A DNA stretch of 64,000 nt from a virus. Lineage: Duplodnaviria > Caudoviricetes. Location: IMG/VR virus record IMGVR_UViG_3300021399_000098, one strand, 5' to 3'. This document shows, piece after piece, positions 39,698 to 50,771 of this stretch (positions are counted from its first letter, which is position 1; each line of letters begins with the position of its first letter). Below the pieces are notes generated by a model. The model did no database searches, had not been told where the DNA came from, and worked only from the letters and a program-made list of their open reading frames with translations. The translations under genes and the position numbers were made by a program.

Positions 39698-40363
39698 ATG
39701 GAAAAACAAATGGTAAATATAGACAAAATCATAACGGAAGTAATTAACAACAACGTAAACAACAACATATTTACGACTTTACAAGCGCACATCAATCCAA
39801 GTGGAAATAATAACTTATTAACTTGGATGAATTACTTGAAAAACGCCTTTATGAGTAACTCAAATTCTCAAGAAATAAATACGTTCTTGATGGAGCTTTA
39901 CAATTTCACAAATATGTTGGTTCAAGCGATACAAAGATGTGTCGCTAGGCAAAGTCTTAATGAAGCATTTTATGGGTCTTATGGCGGCTTTGACTTGGGT
40001 CAGTATGGAATGAAAACCCCATCCATCATAGGTCAAACCGCTAATGCATTTATGAATGGCTTCAACGGCCCTAGTTTAGCAGACAGAATACAAAGGCTTA
40101 GAGACAAATTCAGTGACAGACAGTCAAACACGCCACAGCAGCAAGGAAGGGGGCAAGGTAGGAGTTTTGTTCCACCAAAAAATACAAAACTACAAGTAAT
40201 ACTAACACAATATTTCCCACTTGTGCAAAGGAAATACAATGAATTGAATAGGAAATACAACAATGCGGTGGCACTTTTAAATCCTAGCTCACCACAATAC
40301 ATAATCGGAGAAGTGAATCAAATTATATCAGAATTAGGAAACGCTCAAAGGAATACCCCTTGA
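39698..40363 (+). CDS. Hypothetical protein (ITE/LNE motif family)
   Basis: 221-aa ORF followed by a bidirectional hairpin near 40339-40369. Confidence 0.6.
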   Translation: MEKQMVNIDKIITEVINNNVNNNIFTTLQAHINPSGNNNLLTWMNYLKNAFMSNSNSQEINTFLMELYNFTNMLVQAIQRCVARQSLNEAFYGSYGGFDLGQYGMKTPSIIGQTANAFMNGFNGPSLADRIQRLRDKFSDRQSNTPQQQGRGQGRSFVPPKNTKLQVILTQYFPLVQRKYNELNRKYNNAVALLNPSSPQYIIGEVNQIISELGNAQRNTP

Positions 40364-40375
40364 GCGTTTCTTTAA

Positions 40376-40621
40376 TTATAGCAGTTCATCTAATGCATCA
40401 TCACCAGTTAAACCTTGGCTTAAATTAGTGAATGAAGAAATATTCGTTGTAGATTTGGATGAAGTGTTGTTCAATGCGTTATTTTTTGCTTCCATGTATT
40501 CATTATACTTGTGGATATAATACTTTCTATCCCTTATTGGCATTTTATTCAAAACATCGAATGGTATTTTGATAAAATTATGACAAGCGAACAACTCATC
40601 CTTAAGGTTTTGCTCATACAT
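40376..40621 (-). CDS. Small baseplate / tail assembly protein (T4 gp51-like position)
   Basis: ATG overlaps the upstream stop (ATGTATGA); MPIRDRKYY motif. Confidence 0.55.
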   Translation of the reverse strand: MYEQNLKDELFACHNFIKIPFDVLNKMPIRDRKYYIHKYNEYMEAKNNALNNTSSKSTTNISSFTNLSQGLTGDDALDELL

Positions 40622-41930
40622 CGGAGATATTGAGGAAAACAGAATCGTCCCAGTTAAGAAAGGTGCTGAATGAGCCACCTCCTAGACTCTCAGGTCTTTC
40701 AACCTCTATGTTGAAATCAATTCCAGGTTTGTTATCATTTATGTACTTTCTTAACATCATTGAATCCCTAGCTGGCATCGTGTTAATGTACTTTCTAATG
40801 TAATCCCTATCATAGTTTCCATTAACTGCCACTATTTGAAGCTGCATGCTGTTTGTCATAAGTCTTGCAAACTCAGATGTATTTACGTCCTTAAGTTTCT
40901 TAATCCAGTTTTGCATTGCCTTTGTTGCCATTCTAATCGTCTTTTTGTCGTTCTCAGACAAATACTTGTCATTTGCAATAGCACCTAGCAATGTTTCCCT
41001 TTCCCTTTCCAACATGTGAGCCTTAACTCCATATCCTTCCATTTCAGTGACCTTCTTAAGCTGCCTCTCTTGTTTCCTTGTTAGATAGCGGAACTTAATC
41101 TTGTCCTTCTTGATTGGAGTTGTGTATTCAAAATGGCCATTTTCATCAGCAACTAGAGTGAAGTTCTTTGGCTTCAAAGTTGTAAGGTCAACAGTTGTTT
41201 CAATCTGCTCTCCAGTCTCAGGGTCTTTAACCACAATTGGGAAATCTGGACCGTAGCTAGTAGCCCTCAAATACAAAGTTACAGCATCAGCATCGCCACT
41301 AACCAAATCTTCGGCTTTAATATCACCACCAATTATCTTATTCTTAAGCAAATAATCAATGACGATTCCATCTTTATATAGGTTAGGTGACGTAATGATG
41401 TTTTCGTCATATGCGGTTAGATAAGCAACTGAAACCCTATCTACTTTGTTCTTATAAGGTTCACCGTTACTTGGCAATTGGATTACGTCATATGCCAAGT
41501 CAGTGCTTGTGTTAAACACGGTGTCACTTACCACAACATTGTCTCTAGGAGAATCATCCTCATCCTCATCATCTAGTTCTGCAACAGTATTATTCTGCTT
41601 TTCAACTACCGCTAGTTCGCTCTCCTTTTCGTCAAAATTCTTGTGCTCCTCCAATATGTCAAATATTGACATATCCGTATCAAACAAATTGACTTGTTCA
41701 ATAGTCTTTTTGTTATTAGATACCAAAGATGTCTTTCTTCCACCCAATACAGTAGAATCAATGCTGTTGATGTGGTCGATAACCTCTTGCTGTGCCCTTT
41801 CAATCTGCTTCACAGAAACCTTGTTTCCTTTCTGTTCAGCTTCTTTCTTAGTTTTTTCTAGCATTTCATTATTTGCCAAGAGAGTCTTTATTTCATTCTC
41901 TTGCTCCTCAGTAAGTTTTTTCTTTGCCAT
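40614..41930 (-). CDS. Baseplate hub assembly protein, T4 gp26-like
   Basis: LPSNG..Y, LTAYDENII, DLVSGD...LYLRATSYG, DPETGE..VDL. Confidence 0.7.
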   Translation of the reverse strand: MAKKKLTEEQENEIKTLLANNEMLEKTKKEAEQKGNKVSVKQIERAQQEVIDHINSIDSTVLGGRKTSLVSNNKKTIEQVNLFDTDMSIFDILEEHKNFDEKESELAVVEKQNNTVAELDDEDEDDSPRDNVVVSDTVFNTSTDLAYDVIQLPSNGEPYKNKVDRVSVAYLTAYDENIITSPNLYKDGIVIDYLLKNKIIGGDIKAEDLVSGDADAVTLYLRATSYGPDFPIVVKDPETGEQIETTVDLTTLKPKNFTLVADENGHFEYTTPIKKDKIKFRYLTRKQERQLKKVTEMEGYGVKAHMLERERETLLGAIANDKYLSENDKKTIRMATKAMQNWIKKLKDVNTSEFARLMTNSMQLQIVAVNGNYDRDYIRKYINTMPARDSMMLRKYINDNKPGIDFNIEVERPESLGGGSFSTFLNWDDSVFLNISDV

Positions 41931-41933
41931 AAC

Positions 41934-42551
41934 TTAAATATTATCTATTAATCTTATTTTCTCAATGAAAACTATTAGTGTGCCGTCCTCAAGAATGTCC
42001 ATTATTTTGCAGTTCTCTAAAATGGCGTATATATCTTCATTAGCATTGTTCTTAAAATGCATCTTTAAGTTTCTCTTAGGTTCGTTAACCCAAGTCCATT
42101 CCTCACCCTTAAAGTCTTTGTATTGGTTTATCCCATTATGTTCTTTCATCCAGAGCGAAACTTCAGTTTCAAATTCCTCTTCGCTAGAATCCATGTCGAA
42201 TTCAATCATTTCCAAAAATGGTTTTTGCTTCGCAAAATGGGTTATTATACCATCTACAGTTTCATCGTTTCCCTTATCATCATACAACGTTCCGTTACAA
42301 CTCGAATAAGCCACTTTATCTTCGCTCTGTTGGCTTTGTGCGCCAAACTTGTATGTTTGCCCATCAGTGCCCATTAAAAGGCTTCCTGAGCCGTTTTTTG
42401 CATCCATAACTGAGTTGAAGACAACGTCCTTGTTTTTGTTGTATTCATTCGACACTGCTTTGATGTACTCTTCCTCATCGTAGTAGTTGTTATCAACGTC
42501 AAAAGCGCCATCGTTATAGTCATAATAAGGTAAATATAGCGTAACTTCCAT
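41934..42551 (-). CDS. Hypothetical acidic protein
   Basis: 205-aa ORF. Confidence 0.6.
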   Translation of the reverse strand: MEVTLYLPYYDYNDGAFDVDNNYYDEEEYIKAVSNEYNKNKDVVFNSVMDAKNGSGSLLMGTDGQTYKFGAQSQQSEDKVAYSSCNGTLYDDKGNDETVDGIITHFAKQKPFLEMIEFDMDSSEEEFETEVSLWMKEHNGINQYKDFKGEEWTWVNEPKRNLKMHFKNNANEDIYAILENCKIMDILEDGTLIVFIEKIRLIDNI

Positions 42552-42563
42552 GATAAATACTGT

Positions 42564-43088
42564 CTATTTTATTTTATTTATATGCCTTTTGTTCTTTTTT
42601 TCTGCTATTTCTATCTTATCCTTTTCAAAATGTAGTCTTTCCTTAAGTTCTTTCATCACTTTGCTAGGTGTGTCTCTGATGTCCTTTTCCCAAATCCTCA
42701 TGACTGGTATTCCATGCATTAACGCCCACCTATCCTTATATTCATCCACCCTCTTGTTGTGCTTTTGCATCGGATTCATTTCGCTTTCCTTCACAAGTCT
42801 AGGGTCTGAATGGTAGTAAGAACCATCTATTTCAATTATAAGGTTGTGCTTCGGAAGATAAAAGTCATAAAAACGTCCAATGTCCTTTGCTTCAAACTGC
42901 CAGATATATTCAACCTTTAGCTTATCTAAGAAATCATTTGCAAAGTCTTGTTCCAATTTTGATGTTCCGAACTTAGGGTGTTTGCGCACAGCCCTTTTGG
43001 CTACCTTTGGGGCTGTACGCTTTTTTGTGGCCTGTTTATTTTGTTTGCTCACTGAGGTGTTGCCCCTTTTTTTAGTTATTTGCTTCAT
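42564..43088 (-). CDS. DUF559 / Vsr-like PD-(D/E)XK endonuclease
   Basis: SKLEQ, YDFYLP, IEIDGSYYH, D..KD, RIWE. Confidence 0.75.
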   Translation of the reverse strand: MKQITKKRGNTSVSKQNKQATKKRTAPKVAKRAVRKHPKFGTSKLEQDFANDFLDKLKVEYIWQFEAKDIGRFYDFYLPKHNLIIEIDGSYYHSDPRLVKESEMNPMQKHNKRVDEYKDRWALMHGIPVMRIWEKDIRDTPSKVMKELKERLHFEKDKIEIAEKKNKRHINKIK

Positions 43089-43950
43089 ATGTTACAGCTT
43101 GATATTCAACTAAAATCTGGATTGTTGAAAACTCTGATATGGAGTAATCTATTGGGTCTCTATATATTTCAGTAATGTGACACCCAAAATACTTTTCCGT
43201 ATAAATTGGATTGCCATTAGCCTCAAGATGCTGTATAGTGAACTTAAATAGGCTTGGCACTCCATTCAACAATTCCAACACTGGCATTTTCATTCCATTA
43301 ATATCCTTTACGAAATCATAAATGTTAATAGAAAGTTGCTTACTACTTGGGTCAAATGAAACTGACTTAACCATAACCTCTGGAATTCCAACGTCATCCA
43401 AATGCACTAAAAACCTATTTCCTAATATCCTAGAATCAATCGTCTTGTTGATTTCATCTAAATACTTGTTAGATGTTGAAGCAGAAACCTTTTTAACTTC
43501 TTTGCATATTCTAGATAATTCCTTCCTTTCTTCTTCCTCTACTCTTGCAAAGCAGTCTGAATCATTTTTCCTTTCCTTTTTAGGTAAAACTATTCCACTA
43601 TATAAATCGCCATAGTTCAAAGGATTTTTCTTCTCTTCACCCAAGTCCAATTCAACAGCCTTGGTTTGCTTTACAATGGAATCATAAAATCCGTGTTTGT
43701 CAGGCTTTTTTGGTTCATAATGCGTATAAACCACTTTTTCCTCTTTTGAATTTTTTAGGTCATTTTTAATTGCTTCGATTTCATTCAACGTTTCATTAAT
43801 TTCATTTTTCATGTTTTTAACCAACTCTTCGTTGCCATCCCTTCTAATCATTTCCGTTAAGGTATTGTTAAGCATCTTATATTGGTTTATCCTAGTCCAT
43901 AAAAGACTGTTAAGATACTCACTATTTCTTTCAAATGTACATGTGCTCAT
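43072..43950 (-). CDS. Coiled-coil protein with C-terminal tail-tube (gp19)-like domain
   Basis: NRFLVHL ... HLEANGNPI...PIDYSISEFSTIQILVEY parallels tube NRWLLRF ... MLDPTGVVV...DLDYSQDDLATISLTLRF. Confidence 0.5.
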   Translation of the reverse strand: MSTCTFERNSEYLNSLLWTRINQYKMLNNTLTEMIRRDGNEELVKNMKNEINETLNEIEAIKNDLKNSKEEKVVYTHYEPKKPDKHGFYDSIVKQTKAVELDLGEEKKNPLNYGDLYSGIVLPKKERKNDSDCFARVEEEERKELSRICKEVKKVSASTSNKYLDEINKTIDSRILGNRFLVHLDDVGIPEVMVKSVSFDPSSKQLSINIYDFVKDINGMKMPVLELLNGVPSLFKFTIQHLEANGNPIYTEKYFGCHITEIYRDPIDYSISEFSTIQILVEYQAVTYEANN

Positions 43951-43999
43951 AACTTTGTTACATTTTATTGTATTATTTTATTATTGAAATAAATATGCA

Positions 44000-44773
44000 T
44001 TAAAAACTTTTTAACTTTCTGATTTTTCCCAACAAATATCTGTTGTTGGTCGCTTCCGTGAACTCATTGTACTCCCTAAAGTTACAACCATGCATATACT
44101 TCTCAAAATACTTTGAGTTATAATATAACTGCCTATAGAAGAAACATGTCTTTAACTCATCGTCATAAAAAGAAAACACAGATGTTATATAAGGTTGGTC
44201 ATTATTATCTTCAAAATTGCACCACTTTTCTAGAGTATCATATATCTCATCGATTAACTGAAGCACAAACTCATCGTTTTTATAAATTTTAACCGTACAT
44301 TCAATCATACCGCTTCTTTGTTCTAGGTCAATGTCATTAACTCTAGCATATTCTTTAAACTTTTCTGCATATTTAGGATTCAATCCGCGAATTTGTTCCC
44401 ATATTCCATACTCTTCCATAAACCTTGTGGTTGTTGCATGGATGGAAAAGCCAACATCATAATGGTTTTTGTCCAAATAATCAATTACCTCAGAGACGTT
44501 TCCAATACATCTTATTGATGCATCAATACATATCCACCAATCATATTGCTTTGGTAGGTACTTATAGAATGAATTCTTGATGATATTAGTTTTTTGTACT
44601 CCAGTCAAAGTGTTTGTGTCTAACTTTGGAATGTATATACATTCCCAAACATTGCTTTTTAAATTTTTGTCATCTGTCAAACAATAATAATCCAAATTTT
44701 CATCAACAACAGTAGGCTCTCTTAACAAATCGTAGTTGTCGAACATAAAAGTCACTATGGCATATCTTTTCAT
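44000..44773 (-). CDS. Putative GT-A glycosyltransferase (DUF616-like); likely start MKRYAIV
   Basis: YDLLREP, YCLTDD, WICIDAS, NDQPY. Confidence 0.6.
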   Translation of the reverse strand: MKRYAIVTFMFDNYDLLREPTVVDENLDYYCLTDDKNLKSNVWECIYIPKLDTNTLTGVQKTNIIKNSFYKYLPKQYDWWICIDASIRCIGNVSEVIDYLDKNHYDVGFSIHATTTRFMEEYGIWEQIRGLNPKYAEKFKEYARVNDIDLEQRSGMIECTVKIYKNDEFVLQLIDEIYDTLEKWCNFEDNNDQPYITSVFSFYDDELKTCFFYRQLYYNSKYFEKYMHGCNFREYNEFTEATNNRYLLGKIRKLKSF

Positions 44774-44876
44774 AAAAGTTTTTATAAAAAATAAAAAAAA
44801 GTTAAAAAAAGAAAACATTTTTGCCCAAATAATTTTTTTTTCATATATTTGCAAAAACTGTAAAATAAAAAGTAAT

Positions 44877-46013
44877 ATGTTCACAAACTACGACAACCTT
44901 TACGCTAGGTTTTGCGAATATTTAAGAACCGAATGCGCACAGCTTAACACATCTGACATGGAAGGTGGTTTCTCATCAGTTGAAACGTTGATTGCGCACC
45001 TATATGGAAGTAACATGCCATGTGTGTATTCGGCTAAATATTCAGAAACGAAAAATCGAATTATTCTTTACGATTCATCCTTGGAAGAGCAAGAAAGCCT
45101 CAAGGACATGAAACTAAAGACTATTTCAGAGTACACAGCAAAAGAATTTTCATTCGTTGATAGCTGTAGAAAAATGCAACACTGCGTGTTCTTTGATATG
45201 AACGCATACGTACTAACAGACTACGGTATCATAAGCATGTTCAGTGGAACTAGAAGCGGTTTCGTTAAAAAAATATCAAGTTTCAAACTTTGGATTAACA
45301 ATGAAGCGCATAAGCAAGAAATAGAAGACTTTCTTAATGACAACTTGGTTGAAATTCCTGCAACAAACAAGCAAAGAAACGTAACCGTTTGTACACAAGG
45401 CAGTTATGGGATTAGAAAGACTGAAATTGAAGTTAAACCTTTTGATTGCGACATCAAGAGCAATTACAACGATGACCTCCCATATGAAAAATTGAACGAG
45501 TTGATTAATTCTGAGGAGCAAGAGCTGATACTGCTGCACGGTGAACCAGGAACAGGAAAGACTTCAATCATCAAAAAACTGATTAATGACAATATAGGTG
45601 TTGAATTCATTTATTTTGACTTCAACATGCTAACGTCATTCAGTGACTCCAAGATATTCGACTTCTTGATGGAGCATAAAAATCATGTGTTCATCATTGA
45701 AGACTGTGAAAAACTATTTACGGACAGAAATAATGGCAACAAGTACCTTAACACAATGCTGAACCTTACTGACGGCATTATAGGTGAAGCATTTGCCATC
45801 AAATTCGTCTGCACATTCAACTGCCCACCAAGTAAGATAGACAAAGCTGTAATGCGTGAGGGAAGACTTTCGCTTATCTACGAGTTCAAAAAACTGTCAT
45901 TGGAAAAAACACAAGCACTTATGCCAACGGCAACTGAACCGATGACACTAGCACAGATATACCATACTGAGGACAATGGCAATAAGAAAAAAGACAAAAA
46001 AATAGGATTCTAA
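44877..46013 (+). CDS. AAA+ ATPase (likely start 44877)
   Basis: HGEPGTGKT, IIEDCE, LNLTDG, TFN, DKAVMREGR; promoter TTTG-N20-TATATTTG at 44820-44851. Confidence 0.85.
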   Translation: MFTNYDNLYARFCEYLRTECAQLNTSDMEGGFSSVETLIAHLYGSNMPCVYSAKYSETKNRIILYDSSLEEQESLKDMKLKTISEYTAKEFSFVDSCRKMQHCVFFDMNAYVLTDYGIISMFSGTRSGFVKKISSFKLWINNEAHKQEIEDFLNDNLVEIPATNKQRNVTVCTQGSYGIRKTEIEVKPFDCDIKSNYNDDLPYEKLNELINSEEQELILLHGEPGTGKTSIIKKLINDNIGVEFIYFDFNMLTSFSDSKIFDFLMEHKNHVFIIEDCEKLFTDRNNGNKYLNTMLNLTDGIIGEAFAIKFVCTFNCPPSKIDKAVMREGRLSLIYEFKKLSLEKTQALMPTATEPMTLAQIYHTEDNGNKKKDKKIGF

Positions 46014-46032
46014 AAACGGAATCCTATTTTTT
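45996..46032. terminator. Bidirectional intrinsic terminator
   Basis: AAAAAATAGGATTC / GAATCCTATTTTTT between convergent genes. Confidence 0.75.
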
Positions 46033-47118
46033 ATTTATTTGCTCCTCCAATAACGTTTTAGCGCCATTAGAATCTTTATCATAATCTGACTCCCATATCT
46101 CTATAAGATTAATTCCATTTTCACTGCAATATTCCCTCAACTCATTGTCCTTAGTAACTTTTTTCTTTTGGAATTCACTAAGTTCGTCATTAGAATATTT
46201 ATTAGGGTTTCCATGCCAATAGTCACCTTGAAACTCAATAATCATATTTTTACTAGGAATATATACATCACAATAATGGTGAATGTCTTTCAAATAATAC
46301 TGGGTATCGTAATCTATTCCTAATGGTTTAATACAATATTCTATAAATTCTTTTTCTTTTTTAGATGATAAAGAAAACTCAGTTTCAGTTAACATTTTAC
46401 GCATTTTCTCCCTATTTCTTAAAATAGAATTTTCGCTTCTGCCATTTTGTCTACATTTTTCAGCATGTTCTTTAGATTTTGGTACACCTTTAAGTTTAGC
46501 TGCTATTTTACTATTTCTACTTTCATCAGAATAATTTTTCATTAACTCTTTTATCTTGTTTTCTGTAAATGTTTCTTTCCAAGATTTTCCTTTATTCCAT
46601 TGTATTCTTTCTCCATTTTTATATTGCCCCCTTCTAGTTTCGGCAGAATGTAGTTTTGCTTGTTCATTATGACCCCAATTATTATGAACCCTAGAATGAT
46701 GACCACGCATATAATCTGCAAAATGGACACCACCATCATATCTTATTTCAGTATATTCACCGCACCCACATTTACATTTTGGTCTAATGCCGCCATATTT
46801 GTAATCAGTTAGCAATTGTTCTTGAGTAATATAATCACCATGCTCTTTGTGCCTAAATATGTGTTTGCATAACCCATTATAGGTTTCAAACCTTTTATCA
46901 CAATATGGGCATTTATATTCCCCATCATTTTTCTGTTGATTGGTGAATTCACCAGAATATTTAAATGTAAAACCATTAACTTGTTTTATCTTACCTAGAC
47001 AACATTTAGATATATTACTTTTAGTAGATTCCACTGCATTTGCTGCTTCAGTTGCAGAATTATATACTGCAACCTCTTTTCCATCTTTAAATTGTATAAT
47101 TTGTTTTTTTAACCCCAT
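46024..47118 (-). mobile_element. Free-standing homing endonuclease (NUMOD1 + Zn fingers + NUMOD3 + Vsr/DUF559-like nuclease)
   Basis: YNSATEAA...ISKCCLGK, CPYC..H, CKCGCG, C-terminal DVYIP..IIEFQGDYWH..KD..IEIWE; directly downstream of the tube gene. Confidence 0.75.
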
Positions 47119-47264
47119 AAAAAAGATATTTACTTACATATTATTTTGCAAATATATAAATAAATATCTTAATTCGCAAGAAATTGCCACAATTTCTTTG
47201 ACTTTTTTATTTGATAGCCCCCACAAATCACTTCAATAAAATATTGTAACTCGCTGATAATCAA

Positions 47265-47753
47265 TTAGTAACACAAAATTGCGTAGTCAAATCTCAAGGT
47301 AAGTGATATAGTGGCCAAATCATCTTGGCTGTAATCCAAATCACCAAAATCTGCTGCGGTACACATGGTGTTCTTTAAAATCCATTTAGAAACAACAACA
47401 CCAGTTGGGTCTAGCATTTCAAGCTCAACATCACGCTTATAACCTGCTGCATAACCTTGTCTACCACTGACTGACTCAGAGTGAAGACGTACCCACTCCA
47501 TAACAGCTTGTGAAGCAGATGGGCCGATTGGGTCTCTCAAGGTAACTTGAATCTCATCCCAAGTGTAACGACCTACAACGTATGTCTCTGTATTTAGGAA
47601 CGGAATAGCCTTACCTTCTTGCTTGATTGATGGACGCTTTGCGCTCTGACACCACCACTCTTGGATACCTAGGTCAGCTGGAAATCTCAACAACCATCTG
47701 TTTTTCCTGAGCGGCTCATAATTGAGCGGCATTTTCAAAAGTAAATCACTCAT
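47265..47753 (-). CDS. Tail tube protein, T4 gp19-like
   Basis: EPLRKNRW, RPSI, GRYTWDEI, YKRDVELEMLDPTG, LDYS. Confidence 0.88.
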   Translation of the reverse strand: MSDLLLKMPLNYEPLRKNRWLLRFPADLGIQEWWCQSAKRPSIKQEGKAIPFLNTETYVVGRYTWDEIQVTLRDPIGPSASQAVMEWVRLHSESVSGRQGYAAGYKRDVELEMLDPTGVVVSKWILKNTMCTAADFGDLDYSQDDLATISLTLRFDYAILCY

Positions 47754-47905
47754 AATTCTTATTCTTTTTTTAATCTAGATTATTATTATTCTCTTTTTAT
47801 TTTAATATAAATATACAAATATTAATTTTTTACTGCTAAAATTTTGAATTTTAATATATTTTTTATATTTTTGCAAAGTATTTATAATAGCAAAAGAAAC
47901 ATAAT

Positions 47906-49564
47906 ATGGTAGATAAAAAAGCAAAATTCATTGAAAAGTCTAAAAATAGGCATGGTGATAAATACGACTATTCTAAAGTGGAATATATTGATAGTTTAAC
48001 AAAAGTATGTATCATATGCCCCATTCATGGCGAATTTTGGCAAACTCCACAAGGTCATGTAAGGGGTCAAGGTTGCCCAAAATGTGCAAACATCAAAAGA
48101 GGTGATACATTTAGGTCTGATGGTGATACATTCATTAAACGTGCAACTGTTTTGCATGATGGTAAATATATATACGATAAAGACTCTTACATTAATGCAA
48201 TGACAAAAGTTCCAATACTTTGCTTAAAGCACGGAACATTCTGGATGACTCCAATGAATCATCTACTAGGTCAAGGTTGTCCTAAATGCAGTGGTAGGGG
48301 GTTAAACACTGAAGAGGTTATAGAACTGTTTAAGGAGAAACATGGCGATAGCTATGATTATTCCAAAGTTGTATTTACTAAAATGCATGAAAAGGTTTGT
48401 ATAATATGCAAAGAACATGGTGAATTCTGGCAAACCCCTAGCAAGCATCTTTTAGGTCAAGGATGCCCAAAATGCAGTGGTATTAAAAAAGCAAAAGAAA
48501 GGACATTAACAACAAATGATTTTATTGAAAAATCTTCGAAAATTCACAACAATAAATACGTTTATGACAAAACAAAATATAAAGGTACATATGAATCGCT
48601 TACAATAACTTGCCCCATTCACGGAGATTTTACGCAAAGGGCGAATGACCACCTCAATGGTCACGGATGCCCAATATGCGGCAACAATATGTCGCTTGCT
48701 GAGAAAGAAATTGAAGATTATGTTAAATCTTTTGGTGTTAAAACTGAAACTAAAATTAGAGGCATACTAAGCAATAATAAAGAAATTGATATATTAATAC
48801 CAGAATTAAACATAGGAATTGAATATAATGGCTTAAAATGGCACTCTGATGAATTTAAAGATAAAAATTATCATCTAAATAAAACAGAAGAATGTAAAAA
48901 ATTAGGAATACGACTTGTTCATATCTTTGAAGATGAATGGATGAATAAAAAAGAAATTGTTAAAAGCATTATACGCAATATAATCGGTAAAACTGAAAAT
49001 AAAATATATGCTAGAAAATGTATCATTCAAAATGTTAATGACAATGAGAAAAAAGAATTTTTAGAAAAAAATCATATACAAGGAAATATTAATTCACAAA
49101 TAAATTTAGGACTATATCACGATGGTGAACTAGTATCACTAATGTGCATCGGTAAACCTAGAATCAATTTAGGCAGAAAAACATCATTAGAAAATGAATA
49201 TGAACTCTTACGTTTTTGTAATAAACTTAATACAAATATTGTTGGCGGTGCAAGTAAACTATTTAAATATTTTATAACAAACTATAGTCCAACGCTAATA
49301 ACATCCTACTGCGATTATAGATGGAGCATTGGTAATATGTATGAAGCATTGGGATTTACTTTATCCCATCTTTCACAGCCAAACTACTATTACATAATTG
49401 GCAATAATAGAAAAAATAGATTTAAATATAGAAAATCAGAATTAATTAAAGAAGGTTTTGACCCAGAAAAATCAGAAAAAGAAATAATGGAAGAAAGAGG
49501 AATACACCGAATATACGATTGTGGGTCATTGGTATATATATGGAAAAATGAGGATAGAAACTAA
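47906..49564 (+). mobile_element. Hef-like homing endonuclease with four Zn-ribbon (KYDYS...CPxHG...GCPxC) repeats
   Basis: Repeated HGDKYDYSKV...HGEFWQTP..H..GQGCPKC; EIDI..GIEYNGLKWH; IFEDEW; C-terminal RIYDCG. Confidence 0.78.
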
Positions 49565-49610
49565 TCTATTCTCATTTATTATTTCAAATTATTTTTTATA
49601 TATTTGCAAT

Positions 49611-49985
49611 ATGGAACTAAAAATACTTTTTTTAATGATATTACTGCATATCATAGATGATTTCCACTTACAAGGAATATTGGGTAATATGAAGCAGAAA
49701 AATTGGTGGCTAAAGCAAAAAGGATATAAAGATATGTACAAGTATGACTACATGACTGCATTGACGATTCATTCTCTGTCTTGGTCAATAATTATCTCTA
49801 TTCCGCTTTGGTTTTTTAACATTACCCCAAGCATACTAGGTATAATAATATGCTGCAATATGTTTATTCATATGTATGTTGATGACTTGAAATGTAATCA
49901 ACTAAAAATAAGTCTTACAACTGACCAAACAATACATATAATCCAAATTTGGATAACATGGTATATTGTGTATTTTTTAATATAA
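49611..49985 (+). CDS. DUF3307-like membrane protein (likely start 49611)
   Basis: HIIDDFHLQG, H..VDDLK, DQTIH; hydrophobic. Confidence 0.7.
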   Translation: MELKILFLMILLHIIDDFHLQGILGNMKQKNWWLKQKGYKDMYKYDYMTALTIHSLSWSIIISIPLWFFNITPSILGIIICCNMFIHMYVDDLKCNQLKISLTTDQTIHIIQIWITWYIVYFLI

Positions 49986-50012
49986 AAAGGTACTGATTAA
50001 CGTCAGTACCTT
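49986..50012. terminator. Bidirectional intrinsic terminator
   Basis: AAGGTACTGA-TTAACG-TCAGTACCTT. Confidence 0.7.
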
Positions 50013-50073
50013 ATTTTTTATTTCCTGTGTCAGTTAATACCTTATCACTTTCCAAAAATACTTTCTTGAAAAG
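50011..50073 (-). pseudogene. Orphan synonymous copy of the last 19 codons plus stop of gene 50772-51164
   Basis: Translates FKKVFLESDKVLTDTGNKK*, identical peptide, mostly different codons. Confidence 0.85.
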
Positions 50074-50222
50074 AAATGCACGAATCTGCAAGACTAATAG
50101 AAATCTTGCATATTTTTTGTATCTTTTTTTTACTATACAATTCCATAACAGAGTATATTACGTCTTGGTATACACATCATAATACAGCATAAAAAAAGAG
50201 CAACCACTGCTGATTACCCTTT

Positions 50223-50654
50223 TTATGCACGATATACATGTATGTTTTGAAGGTGGAATTTTGAAAGTCTTGGGTAATTTTCTTTTGACCATATTACCAC
50301 AACAAAATCATTATTTCTAAACGAATGTGAATCGTCTTTTTCGTCAAATCCCAAATAATTCATTCCATATTTTTGTTCTAGTAATTCTTTAATAAAATTA
50401 AAGTCAAGAACAGCTCCTTTGTCATATATATTATAAAACCCATATTTATCTTTTAAATCTTTTACAATACTAGATTCCAAATCATCTTCATCTTCTGCCA
50501 TACATGCAGCATTTAACTCATCGTCATCTAAAATTCCTGTAATGTTTCTAATTTGCTTATTTGTTAAATCTATTTCGCTCAATATTCTATTTACCGACTC
50601 TTTTACAATTCTATGAAGGTCTCCTTCTGTTAATCTTATGAGTTTCTTATTCAT
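50223..50654 (-). CDS. Hypothetical protein of the RLTE(S/G)DL N-terminal family (likely start MNKKLIRL)
   Basis: MNKKLIRLTEGDLHRIVKESVNRILSE, matching 59088. Confidence 0.7.
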   Translation of the reverse strand: MNKKLIRLTEGDLHRIVKESVNRILSEIDLTNKQIRNITGILDDDELNAACMAEDEDDLESSIVKDLKDKYGFYNIYDKGAVLDFNFIKELLEQKYGMNYLGFDEKDDSHSFRNNDFVVVIWSKENYPRLSKFHLQNIHVYRA

Positions 50655-50771
50655 ATTATATATACATATTTGATTCATTATTTTTAAATAATATATAAGC
50701 AAATGCAGAAAAATGCAGTAATTTATGACTGCATTTGCATAGTGTTTACTACCAATAAGTATATAAGTTCA

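Noticed and set aside
40600-40680. Programmed frameshift joining 40614-41930 to 40376-40678 (tail chaperone style)
   Set aside because: No canonical slippery heptamer; an overlapping ATGTATGA start/stop explains the overlap
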